From Candidatus Methylomirabilis oxygeniifera (GTDB taxonomy: Bacteria; Methylomirabilota; Methylomirabilia; Methylomirabilales; Methylomirabilaceae), in NCBI GenBank assembly GCA_000091165.1, contig FP565575.1, positions 90,001 through 122,000 on the forward strand: a stretch of 32,000 bases of DNA, given 5' to 3'. Numbering within the stretch: position 1 is the first letter of the stretch; every line of letters starts with the position of its first letter. Positions 9,343 through 17,813 of this stretch are shown here, piece after piece. The notes beneath the pieces were generated by a model. That model did not search any database. It was not told the origin of the DNA and saw only the letters and a list, made by a program, of their open reading frames with translations. A program made the translations under genes and the position numbers.

Positions 9343-9842
9343 GCCGCCTGATTTCGTCAGCTGTCTCGCGCATTCTCGTCGCGCTGATTCTGTTCAGCCT
9401 GACGGGGTGTTCAGGGACGACGGCCGTGGCTGTGGCAGAGCCGCCGATCATGCGAAACAATATTACCGGCGAGCCGCTCGAGTTCTCGGGACTCAATGAG
9501 ACTGAGACACCGGCGGTCAAACAATTCAAAGCCACCGGCAAGAATCCGTATAACACTGATCGTGAGGCCATCGCTAAGGGGGGCGCGGTATACCTGACCG
9601 CCTGCTCGGCCTGCCACGGTCACCATGCGGAGGGCAAAATTGCACCCGCTCTTATTGACGATTATTGGACCTACCCGATGAATACGACCGATATCGGGCT
9701 CTTTTCGAGTACCTACGCCGGGCTTCAAGGAATGATGGGTCCGTCCAAGGGGCGCCTGACACAGGATGAGATCCTTCAACTCATGGCCTGGATCAGGAGT
9801 AACTATAAAGGAGACCCAGCAAAGGCGGAATGGAACCATTGA
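9339..9842 (+). CDS. mxaG: Cytochrome cL (MxaG), electron acceptor of methanol dehydrogenase
   Basis: Signal/lipobox-like LFSLTGCSG, heme motif CSACH, Met-ligand region (TYAGLQGMMGPSKGRLTQDEILQLMAWIRSNY). Position between mxaJ and mxaI. Confidence 0.9.
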   Translation: MSRLISSAVSRILVALILFSLTGCSGTTAVAVAEPPIMRNNITGEPLEFSGLNETETPAVKQFKATGKNPYNTDREAIAKGGAVYLTACSACHGHHAEGKIAPALIDDYWTYPMNTTDIGLFSSTYAGLQGMMGPSKGRLTQDEILQLMAWIRSNYKGDPAKAEWNH

Positions 9843-9877
9843 GGCCACACAACAACCCTTATCATAGGAGAACTTTC

Positions 9878-10162
9878 ATGGCAGCACAACGAATCGGTTT
9901 GCGTCTTTCGATCGGGCTCAGCCTTTTGGCCGCTGCATCATCGGCTGTTGCCTACGATGGGACAAAATGCAAAGAGCCCGGAGCATGCTGGGAGCCCAAG
10001 CCGGGCTATCCGGCGAGGGTTGCCGGAAGCAAGTATGATCCCAAGCATGATCCCAAGGAGGTGGCGAAACAGGAACTGGCCCACAAGGCGATGGATGAAA
10101 GGAACGAGAAACGCTGGAAGCATTTTCAAGAGACGGGTGTCTGGAAGTACGATGTGAAGTAG
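9878..10162 (+). CDS. mxaI: Methanol dehydrogenase small subunit
   Basis: MAAQRIG..AYDGTKCKEPGACWEPKPGYPARVAGSKYDPKHDPKEVAKQ...RNEKRWKHFQETGVWKYDVK. RBS TAGGAGAA before ATG 9878. Confidence 0.95.
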   Translation: MAAQRIGLRLSIGLSLLAAASSAVAYDGTKCKEPGACWEPKPGYPARVAGSKYDPKHDPKEVAKQELAHKAMDERNEKRWKHFQETGVWKYDVK

Positions 10163-10185
10163 CTCGACTGCAAAGAGGTTGATTT

Positions 10186-10219
10186 GAGGGATGGGGTACG
10201 GCCGTGTTCCCCATCCCTC
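10186..10219 (+). terminator. Strong stem-loop in the mxaI-mxaR gap (attenuator, partial terminator or processing/stability hairpin)
   Basis: Perfect 11-bp stem GAGGGATGGGG (10186-10196) / CCCCATCCCTC (10209-10219), 12-nt loop, followed by TTTC. Confidence 0.75.
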
Positions 10220-10242
10220 TTTCACTTTGACGTGGATATGCG

Positions 10243-11262
10243 ATGTCAGACGAAACGCTACTGGCTGACTGGGCGGGATATGCCAGGAATCTCGAGGCGG
10301 CACTGCACCGATGCATTCTGGGATTGGATCGTCCGATCAGGCTGATCCTGGCAGCGGTCTTTGCGCGGGGCCATGTTATGCTGGAGGGTGATGTCGGCGT
10401 GGGGAAGACGACGCTGCTCCGCGCCGTGGCGAGGGGTCTTGGCGGTGCCTTCGAGCGGATCGAAGGCACCATCGACCTGATGCCCACCGATCTCATCTAC
10501 TACAGCCATGTCGACTGGGATGGCCGACCCCGCATCGATCCAGGATGTCTCCTGAAGCACGGTGAAGAGCTCTCGATCTTCTTTTTCAACGAGGTCAACC
10601 GAGCGCGACCACAGGTTCACTCTCTGCTGCTTCGGATCATGGCCGAGCGTTCGGTGACCGCTTTCAATCGAGAGTATCGGTTCCCTCACCTGCTGGTCTT
10701 TGCCGACCGGAATCGGCTGGAAAAGGAGGAGACGTTCGAGATCCCTTCGGCCGCGCGGGATCGTTTCTTGATGGAGCTGTCGATCGAGATCCCGGAGGAT
10801 CCATCTATCCTGCGATCACTCATGATCGAGCCGAGATTCCACGATATCGAGACTCTCATTGAAGCAATCCCGCCGGCCATCGTCCCGTTCCGACAGCTTT
10901 ACGAAGTCTCTGCCGTGATCCAGCGGACCATTCATGTCAGTCCCGACCTCGAGCGCTATGCGCTTGAGCTGTGGTGTGCGACACGCGATCCGGGCGCATA
11001 CGGGATCAGGCTTGAGGGGGTCGAGATGGACCGGCTGCTGCTCGCGGGCGCAAGCCCGCGCGGGATGAGCATGATGCTGCGCGCAGCCCGCGTGATGGCC
11101 TGGCTTTTCGACCGTTCGATGGTGGTGCCGGAGGATATACAGGAAGTCTTCATCGAAACCGTGGCCCACCGCCTCTGTTTTCAGCCGATCTATGAGATCC
11201 GGCGATCACAACTTGCACGCGAACTGCTCTCGAAGATCATCCGGACGATTGCAGCTCCATGA
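10243..11262 (+). CDS. mxaR: MoxR-family AAA+ ATPase (MxaR)
   Basis: 339 aa: Walker A LEGDVGVGKTTLLRAVA, Walker B FFFNEVNRARP, position after mxaI. Confidence 0.92.
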   Translation: MSDETLLADWAGYARNLEAALHRCILGLDRPIRLILAAVFARGHVMLEGDVGVGKTTLLRAVARGLGGAFERIEGTIDLMPTDLIYYSHVDWDGRPRIDPGCLLKHGEELSIFFFNEVNRARPQVHSLLLRIMAERSVTAFNREYRFPHLLVFADRNRLEKEETFEIPSAARDRFLMELSIEIPEDPSILRSLMIEPRFHDIETLIEAIPPAIVPFRQLYEVSAVIQRTIHVSPDLERYALELWCATRDPGAYGIRLEGVEMDRLLLAGASPRGMSMMLRAARVMAWLFDRSMVVPEDIQEVFIETVAHRLCFQPIYEIRRSQLARELLSKIIRTIAAP

Positions 11263-12146
11263 AACCGATGACGTCCGGCCCAGCCTCGACGCCGCCGATC
11301 GAGATCGGAGAGTTTCACTATCGGCTTCGGTGGCGTACTCGAGGCGCCCGCCCGGGCTGTCATCCAAGCCGGCAACCCGGCGGAGGTGTTGAGTTTCGCG
11401 GCCACGCGTCCATCCTGCACCACCCCGACCCGAGACGTCTCGATGTCCGTGCAACGCTGCGGGACCCTCATCATGAACTGCTGGTTCGGATCTTCCAGCA
11501 AAGGAGCGCCATCCCGGTCTACGTCGTTGCCGATCTCACCACCTCCATGCGGTTTCGCGGCGGTTTAGACAAGTGGCTCAACCTTATCGGTTTCTGCGCC
11601 TCGGTGGCCCATTCCTGCCGTCGAACCGGCGATCTGTTCGGTTTTATCGGATGGGACACGAGGGTCAGACGCGACCTGCTTCTCCCTGCCGGTTATGCGG
11701 GCACGGCGTCGGAGACCCTGATTCGGCGCCTGCTGGAATACCGTGGTGGCGGCGCCGGAATCCAGGGACTGTGCGAGGCGGGAGAGTTTCTCCCTCGCGC
11801 CCGTTCGCTTGTCTTCCTGGTCTCCGATTTCCATGTGTCCCTGCATGAGCTCGACAGGACCCTCTCACCGCTGGCCCGCCACGACATGGTTCCGGTCGTG
11901 CTGTGGGATCGCAGCGAGCTCGAGAACCTGCCACCGCGCGGTCTGGTCAGGGTTCGCGATCTCGAGAACGGGCGCGAGCGTCTGCTCTGGATGCGACCGG
12001 TGTTGCGCGACGCCTGTCGGGAGGCGCTGGAGCACCGGCGGGAGGCCCTGAGGCGCACCTTCCTCCGCTACGGCAGACCTCCGTTCTTTGTGTACGATCG
12101 TTTCGATCCGGATGACCTGACGCGTTATTTTCTCGAAACCTCATAG
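11259..12146 (+). CDS. mxaS: DUF58-type protein (MxaS)
   Basis: 295 aa with VYVVADLTTSMRF...SLVFLVSDFHVS (VWA/DUF58-like). 4-bp overlap with mxaR. Confidence 0.88.
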   Translation: MKPMTSGPASTPPIEIGEFHYRLRWRTRGARPGCHPSRQPGGGVEFRGHASILHHPDPRRLDVRATLRDPHHELLVRIFQQRSAIPVYVVADLTTSMRFRGGLDKWLNLIGFCASVAHSCRRTGDLFGFIGWDTRVRRDLLLPAGYAGTASETLIRRLLEYRGGGAGIQGLCEAGEFLPRARSLVFLVSDFHVSLHELDRTLSPLARHDMVPVVLWDRSELENLPPRGLVRVRDLENGRERLLWMRPVLRDACREALEHRREALRRTFLRYGRPPFFVYDRFDPDDLTRYFLETS

Positions 12147-12171
12147 CCGTTCGGATGTATGGATAAGACGC

Positions 12172-13125
12172 ATGATCAAGGTGCCTTTCGTTATCCTCCT
12201 GTTCTCGCCGATGCTCATGCTCGCGCTGCCGTTCACCTCCGTCGCACACTCAGACCCCTCTCCGCAGAACGGTCCGATCGTCCGTTTGGAGTTTGATACC
12301 TTTCACCCTTTCGGAATCATGATCGGCGACATCGTCACCCATACCGCCCGCATCGAGGTAAGGCAACCTTTTCAACTGCAACGGAGTTCGCTCCCGATCA
12401 AAGGGCCCCTGGCCCGTTGGCTCGATCTGAGGGACCTGACCGTTCACGAACAACGAACGGGGGCCGACATCCTCTATTCCCTGTCGGTGTCGTACCAGGT
12501 CTTTCGAGGCGTCATGGAGGTCAGGCCGCTTGCCATACCACCCATCCCGCTCAGGTTTCAGGCCGGCAACGAGACGATCACCTTTTCGATCCCCGAGTGG
12601 CGCTTTACCGCCTCGCCGATTCTTCCGATCCTCCTCGGGAGGACGGATCGAGGGATCCGTCCTCTTCCCGAGCGTAAGCCTGAAGAGCTTGACCTGACCG
12701 CTTACTCGATTCGTCTGAGCGCCCTCGCGGTCGGTTCCGGCCTCTCGCTGCTCACGCTCGCCTACAGTCTTGGGATGGCCTCGTTTCTGCCGCGCGGGCG
12801 GGGTCCTTTTGCCCGCTGTCTCAAACACCTCAAACGGCTGCACCGTACCGACGCCGATCCCGAGCAGTACCGGGAGGCGTTCCGCTGCCTGCATCGCGCC
12901 CTCAACGAGGCGAATGGGCGTGTCCTCTTCATTGAAGGGCTCCGGGAATTCACAGAACGGCATCCTGCCTTCAAGGGTCTGCGCGATGAGATCGAGATCT
13001 TCTTCGCCCACTCCCGCCAACTCTTTTTCGACGTCCACCCGCAGGCCGCGGCGGGCCGCTATCCTCTTTCCCGCCTGATCACGCTGTGCCGTCTGTGCCG
13101 GGACGCCGAACGGGGGATCTGGTGA
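12172..13125 (+). CDS. mxaA: MxaA-like membrane protein
   Basis: 317 aa, signal peptide, beta-rich N-terminus, TM and cytoplasmic helical tail, position between mxaS and mxaC. Confidence 0.8.
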   Translation: MIKVPFVILLFSPMLMLALPFTSVAHSDPSPQNGPIVRLEFDTFHPFGIMIGDIVTHTARIEVRQPFQLQRSSLPIKGPLARWLDLRDLTVHEQRTGADILYSLSVSYQVFRGVMEVRPLAIPPIPLRFQAGNETITFSIPEWRFTASPILPILLGRTDRGIRPLPERKPEELDLTAYSIRLSALAVGSGLSLLTLAYSLGMASFLPRGRGPFARCLKHLKRLHRTDADPEQYREAFRCLHRALNEANGRVLFIEGLREFTERHPAFKGLRDEIEIFFAHSRQLFFDVHPQAAAGRYPLSRLITLCRLCRDAERGIW

Positions 13126-14108
13126 ACCTCTCGGTCGATTCCCCATACCTGCTCTCTCTGGCCCTGTTGGCCCTCCTGCCGCTCTGGCTCCACGGCCATC
13201 GGCGGCTCTCTTACCCCTGGCTTTCTGTGATCCCACCGGATCCGATCTCCACGGTCATCGGGATCGGGATCCGGATTATGGCGGCGCTCGGTATTCTGGC
13301 CCTGACGCTTGGGATAGCCGGTCTGCATCTCGAAGGAGAAACGATCGAGCGGATCGGACAGGGGACCCAGATCGTACTGGTTCTGGACAAGAGCAGCAGC
13401 ATGGATCAGACCTTTGCAGGACGCTCCGCCACCGGCAGCGGCCAGGAATCGAAGGGGCGGGCCGCGCGACGTCTTCTGGCAGCGTTCGTGTCCCGACGTC
13501 CCACTGACCTCTTTAGTATGGTAGTCTTCAGCACAGCCCCCATCCTGGTCCTGCCGTTTAATCACTCCGCTGAGGCGATCCAGGCCGCGATCCGCGCGGC
13601 AGAGAGCCCCGGACTCGCCTTTACCAACGTGGGCAGGGCACTCGGATTAGCCCTCGACGGTTTCAAGGATCTTCCGCAGACCGGCGGCAGAATCCTGTTG
13701 TTGGTCTCGGACGGAGCCGCCAGGATCGACGACAGGACGCAGCAGCATCTCAGGACGCTATTTCAGCAGCACCGGGTTAACCTCCTCTGGATCTTCCTCC
13801 GGACTGAAGGCGGTCCAGGCATCTTTGATGAGCCGAAGGACCATTTAGAGGTCGATACGGTGCCTGAGTACGCGCTGCACCGCTACTTCCAGACGCTCGG
13901 GGTGCCGTACCATGCCTACCAGGCCGAAAGCGCCGAGGCGCTTGATCGGGCGATCCGCGATGTAGTGCTCCTTGCAAACCAGCCGATCCGCTATCAGGAG
14001 CAGATCCCTGGCGGAGATCTCTCAGGTCTCTGCTATGCCGTTGCTTCAACCCTCATTCTAGGTCTCGTGGCCGTCACCTGTTGTGAGGTGCGACGATGGC
14101 CGGGGTAG
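13122..14108 (+). CDS. mxaC: MxaC, von Willebrand factor A domain membrane protein
   Basis: VLVLDKSSSMDQTF MIDAS motif, N-terminal and C-terminal TM segments. GTG 13122 overlaps the mxaA stop; the track start of 13086 is less likely. Confidence 0.85.
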   Translation: MNLSVDSPYLLSLALLALLPLWLHGHRRLSYPWLSVIPPDPISTVIGIGIRIMAALGILALTLGIAGLHLEGETIERIGQGTQIVLVLDKSSSMDQTFAGRSATGSGQESKGRAARRLLAAFVSRRPTDLFSMVVFSTAPILVLPFNHSAEAIQAAIRAAESPGLAFTNVGRALGLALDGFKDLPQTGGRILLLVSDGAARIDDRTQQHLRTLFQQHRVNLLWIFLRTEGGPGIFDEPKDHLEVDTVPEYALHRYFQTLGVPYHAYQAESAEALDRAIRDVVLLANQPIRYQEQIPGGDLSGLCYAVASTLILGLVAVTCCEVRRWPG

Positions 14109-14662
14109 GCCGCAAGCGTCTTCCCTGGATCCTGGGAGCGGTCTGCCTCGTCCTGGTGATCTTCACTGTGCGAGAGGCTCAGCATTTGCGGCATTTGCAG
14201 GTGTATCAGCGGGCGATCCGGAACGGGTCCATTCTCACCCTTCCGGCAACTGCGGAGATTCCTGAGGCGACCTTTGCAAGGGCCTGGATGCTCAGTCAGA
14301 GCGGTCGGGAGCAGCAGGCCCTCATGCTGTACGAGGCTCTCGGACAGAGCCGAGATCCGGTCCTCCGGGCGCAAGCGAAGTATCAGATCGGGGCGCTCCT
14401 GCTCCGACAGGCCACCGACCTCCTGGAAGCACAAGGGCAATCGGCCGTCACAAAGGTTGCTCCACTGATTGAGATCGCCAAGGAAGCGCTTCGAGAGGTG
14501 TTGCGCCACGACAGTCGCGATCGGGAGGCCAAATACAATCTGGAACTGGCGCTCCGTTTACTTCCGGAGTTGGAACGGAGCGATCGCGCGCGCGACGAGC
14601 CGGCGAAGGAGGAAAAAGGCGATTGGACCTCTATTCCAGGTCTTCCCGAAGGAATGCCATGA
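14096..14662 (+). CDS. mxaK: MxaK-like protein
   Basis: 188 aa, N-terminal TM, TPR-like helical body, position between mxaC and mxaL. Confidence 0.75.
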   Translation: MAGVGRKRLPWILGAVCLVLVIFTVREAQHLRHLQVYQRAIRNGSILTLPATAEIPEATFARAWMLSQSGREQQALMLYEALGQSRDPVLRAQAKYQIGALLLRQATDLLEAQGQSAVTKVAPLIEIAKEALREVLRHDSRDREAKYNLELALRLLPELERSDRARDEPAKEEKGDWTSIPGLPEGMP

Positions 14663-14684
14663 TGAACGCGCCCGGAAGGATCGG

Positions 14685-16304
14685 ATGACTCCCGCGCGCG
14701 ACGATCGAAGAGGGCGTGGCGATCTACGTTTGCGGTGTCTTGTTCTGGCGTTTCTCGTGCTGGGCGTCGTGTACATCCATCCCACACGATTTATGCCCCA
14801 ACGCGTCATTCGTGCCGTCTTTGTCATCGATATCACGCAGAGTATGAATACCAGGGATGCGGCTCTTCATGGTAGTCCGGTCGATCGCCTCACTTTTACG
14901 AAGCGTACCGTTCAGGACACCATCCGATGGCTGCCATGCCGATCAGAGGTGGGACTCGCCGTCTTCACGGAGCGGCGGGTCGTCCTTCTGTTTGAGCCGC
15001 TCGAGGTCTGCGAACAGAGGGCTCTCCTGCTCTCCGCCGTGTCCGCGATCGACTGGCGAATGGCCTGGGCGGCCGACAGCCGCATCGCGGCGGGCGTCTA
15101 CGATGCGGTCACGCAGGTGACGCGGCTTGCATCACAGCCGAGGCTCCTGTTTTTCACTGACGGACAGGAGGCGCCCCCGATCATGCCGGGATTTGAGCCC
15201 CGCTTCGAAGGAAAGCCGGGGGAGGTGAATGGATTGATCATCGGGATCGGCGGGCAGACCCCTGCCGAGATTCCGAAATTCGACGAGGAGGGCCGGCTGA
15301 TCGGCCACTGGACCGCCGACGATACCGGCCGTTTCCCCAGTGTCGGGACCCCGACGCTCTCAGTCGCAGAGATGGGCACGGCAGGCGAGACGGGATCGGA
15401 TGGAGCCCTCCTTCGTAATGCGCCGCAACGCCCAAGTGAGGGCTTGCCGACTCACCTCTCCTGGCTCCATGAGACCTACCTGATGGAACTCGCGAGGACA
15501 ACAGGTCTTCAGTATATCAGGCTCAACACGCCGAATGAGCTTCGGTCTCGCCTGCTCGCCCCGCCCCTCGCGCGTACGGAGGCCGTCAGGGTCGATATGC
15601 GCCGGATCTTCGCCTTTGGCGCGCTTGTCCTCATCCTGATCGGCTATACGATCATCCCAACATTCCGATTACTTGCGGCCCCTTCCGCAACAGGTGAAGA
15701 ACGACACCTGTGGCCGCTGCCCCCGGTTCGCCCAAACGCCTTACAACCTCATGAGGAGAAAACAAGAATGAAGACACTGCTGTACTCCATAATCGGCATC
15801 GCGCTCTGCACGACCTCGGTTGCCTATGCGCACGGACCGACGCCGCAGAAGCTCGAGGAGCACATTTCTATCCAGGGACCACCCGAGCAGGTGTGGGCTG
15901 CGGTCAAAGAATTCGGTGCGCCGGCAACCTGGCATCCGATGCTGAAGCAGACCACGGCTCACGGCGGCAATACCGCAGGCCGGGCGGAACGGGTGGTGAC
16001 GTTGCCGAGCGGCGGTACGATCACCGAAGGTCTGGATGAGTACGATGAGGGACGACGCTACATGGCCTGGCGTCTGCTGAAGGAGAACAAGGAAGCGTTC
16101 CCGGTCAGCTTTTATACCGTCTCGATTGAGGTGAGGCGGGCCAATGGGGGCAGTGACGTGGAATGGTTGTCGCGATTTTATCGCGCCGATACCGGCAACT
16201 CTCCTCCCCCCGAATACAGTGATGAGGCGGCGATCAAAGCGATGACGGAGTTTGCTCAGTCGGGTCTCGAGAATCTCAAGAAGCGCATCGAAACAGAGAA
16301 GTGA
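14685..16304 (+). CDS. mxaL: MxaL (VWA) and MxaD (SRPBCC) encoded in one uninterrupted reading frame
   Basis: VFVIDITQSMNTRD VWA motif and C-terminal TM (RIFAFGALVLILIGYTII) run without a stop into MKTLLYSIIGIALCTTSVAYAHGPTPQKLEEHISIQGPPEQVWAAVKEFG...RIETEK. The internal ATG at 15768 has GAGGAG upstream. Confidence 0.85.
   Translation: MTPARDDRRGRGDLRLRCLVLAFLVLGVVYIHPTRFMPQRVIRAVFVIDITQSMNTRDAALHGSPVDRLTFTKRTVQDTIRWLPCRSEVGLAVFTERRVVLLFEPLEVCEQRALLLSAVSAIDWRMAWAADSRIAAGVYDAVTQVTRLASQPRLLFFTDGQEAPPIMPGFEPRFEGKPGEVNGLIIGIGGQTPAEIPKFDEEGRLIGHWTADDTGRFPSVGTPTLSVAEMGTAGETGSDGALLRNAPQRPSEGLPTHLSWLHETYLMELARTTGLQYIRLNTPNELRSRLLAPPLARTEAVRVDMRRIFAFGALVLILIGYTIIPTFRLLAAPSATGEERHLWPLPPVRPNALQPHEEKTRMKTLLYSIIGIALCTTSVAYAHGPTPQKLEEHISIQGPPEQVWAAVKEFGAPATWHPMLKQTTAHGGNTAGRAERVVTLPSGGTITEGLDEYDEGRRYMAWRLLKENKEAFPVSFYTVSIEVRRANGGSDVEWLSRFYRADTGNSPPPEYSDEAAIKAMTEFAQSGLENLKKRIETEK
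15768..16304 (+). CDS. mxaD: MxaD-like SRPBCC-fold periplasmic protein (possible independent product from internal start)
   Basis: ATGAGGAGAAAACAAGAATG gives a Shine-Dalgarno plus ATG, followed by an N-terminal signal peptide. Confidence 0.75.
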   Translation: MKTLLYSIIGIALCTTSVAYAHGPTPQKLEEHISIQGPPEQVWAAVKEFGAPATWHPMLKQTTAHGGNTAGRAERVVTLPSGGTITEGLDEYDEGRRYMAWRLLKENKEAFPVSFYTVSIEVRRANGGSDVEWLSRFYRADTGNSPPPEYSDEAAIKAMTEFAQSGLENLKKRIETEK

Positions 16305-16307
16305 CTC

Positions 16308-17309
16308 ATGTGTCGGCGTTCACGTCTGTTCCGTCTTGCATCGGCGGCGCTTCTGTTTGGCGTCGGCACCACGGCATCGGTACGGGCCGAGTATGCCTAC
16401 ATTACCAACCAGGGCGACGACAGCGTCTCAGTCGTGAATATCGAGAAAGGGGAAGTCATCGCGACCATCGCGGTAGCCGATGCGCCTGTGGGTGTGGCGA
16501 CCACACCGGACGGTACGCATCTGTACATCACGCACCCCGAGGCGGGACTCATCTCGGAAATCGATACCGTGACACGAACGGTAGTAAAGACCATCGACAC
16601 CGGGGGGCAGCCATTTGGTATTGCGGTTGACGACACCGCCCCGGTCGCCGGCAACAACGCGCAGACCCGCCGGTTACTCTTTGTCACTGATTGGAGCCGC
16701 AACGCCGTTATGACTGTAGACCCGGTGAGAGGAGTGGTGATCGATCTGATCCATGCTGGAAAGTCGCCCGCCGGGATCGCCCTCGACCGAAGGGCGCGGC
16801 GCGTATTTGTCGCTAACCGCGAGAGCAATACGCTCACGGTGCTGGATGCGGATGTGCCGCGCAGGTATGCGGACATACCGACAGGCCGGGCGCCTTTCGC
16901 TGTGGCGCTGGTGCCCAACGGGGAGCGCGTGTACGTCGGCAATGTGCAGAGCGGGGAACTGACCGTGATTGACGCGAAAGCGCTCGATGTGGTTGCAACG
17001 GTCAAGGTCGGCCGCTTTCCTTACGGCATCGCCGTTACGCCTGACGGCGCGCGCGTCGTCGTTGCCAACCAGCAGGACCACAACATCACGATAGTGGATG
17101 CCTTGTCGCTGCGTACGGTCGGCAACATCCGTGTCGGTCGCCATCCCGACGGGGTGGATATCACCGGTGACGGCAGCCATGCACTGATCGCAAACTGGTT
17201 CGATGACTCGATTTCCATTATCGATCTCAGCACACTGAAGGAGCGAACGCGAGTCAAGGCTGGAAAGGGGTGCCGCGCCTTTGGGTCATTTATCGTGCGT
17301 AATCGATAG
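16308..17309 (+). CDS. Secreted YVTN-type beta-propeller protein
   Basis: 333 aa, signal peptide, ~7 repeats of the type AYITNQGDDSVSVVNIEKGEVIATIAVADAPVGVATTPDG. Confidence 0.9.
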   Translation: MCRRSRLFRLASAALLFGVGTTASVRAEYAYITNQGDDSVSVVNIEKGEVIATIAVADAPVGVATTPDGTHLYITHPEAGLISEIDTVTRTVVKTIDTGGQPFGIAVDDTAPVAGNNAQTRRLLFVTDWSRNAVMTVDPVRGVVIDLIHAGKSPAGIALDRRARRVFVANRESNTLTVLDADVPRRYADIPTGRAPFAVALVPNGERVYVGNVQSGELTVIDAKALDVVATVKVGRFPYGIAVTPDGARVVVANQQDHNITIVDALSLRTVGNIRVGRHPDGVDITGDGSHALIANWFDDSISIIDLSTLKERTRVKAGKGCRAFGSFIVRNR

Positions 17310-17328
17310 AGTGGACGCGACGCATGGG

Positions 17329-17478
17329 ATCGGTGGTGGGGGCTATTGCATGAGGCAGGTGTAATTCCACACACACCCCGACGTTCCTCAAGCGGTATCC
17401 CGACATCGAATGGGCTGTAAGTGCTTGAATAACCTGATGATCGGAGCCTGCCGCAGCAGTTGGCATAGTCATTGCTTA
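17329..17478 (+). promoter_or_regulatory. Intergenic module 1, copy B: sigma-54 promoter region (distal xoxF promoter)
   Basis: Homologous to 517-664. -24/-12 box TGGCATAGTCATTGCT at 17461-17476. Palindrome-like GTGTAATTCCACAC at 17359-17372. Confidence 0.8.
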
Positions 17479-17498
17479 ATTAGCAAACTTAGGAGAGC

Positions 17499-17695
17499 CT
17501 GTCTGCGTGATAATCCACAGGCCTACGGTCGAGGTGTGCGAAATTTCGCCCATTCACTCCATCGCCCAGCCACACGCACGGTTGTGCGCTCAACGTGTCG
17601 ATCGTCAGTTTCCCCAGCCGCGACAAGACTTTGCCTGCGCTCCTGCAACTGCATTGATGGCCATCGAGGGTGTGGCATCCCGCTTGCTGATACCC
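17499..17695 (+). promoter_or_regulatory. Intergenic module 2, copy B: sigma-54 promoter region (proximal xoxF promoter)
   Basis: Homologous to 6287-6481. -24/-12 box TGGCATCCCGCTTGCT at 17673-17688. Perfect palindrome GCGAAATTTCGC at 17538-17549. Confidence 0.8.
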
Positions 17696-17813
17696 AGTCG
17701 CTTGTGACAGTCCGGATACTCGTCTCGCCTACTTTGGGGAAGGGAGTGGAAGGACAGATCGGGGCGATAGTTTTCAGTAAGCGGTTCAACACACAGAGGA
17801 GGGAGTGCAGATC

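Noticed and set aside
14469-14684. Upstream extension of the MxaL-MxaD ORF (MRSPRKRFERCCATT...)
   Set aside because: Overlaps mxaK in another frame and is Arg/Ser-rich with no MxaL similarity. ATG 14685 with GGAAGG upstream fits the start better.
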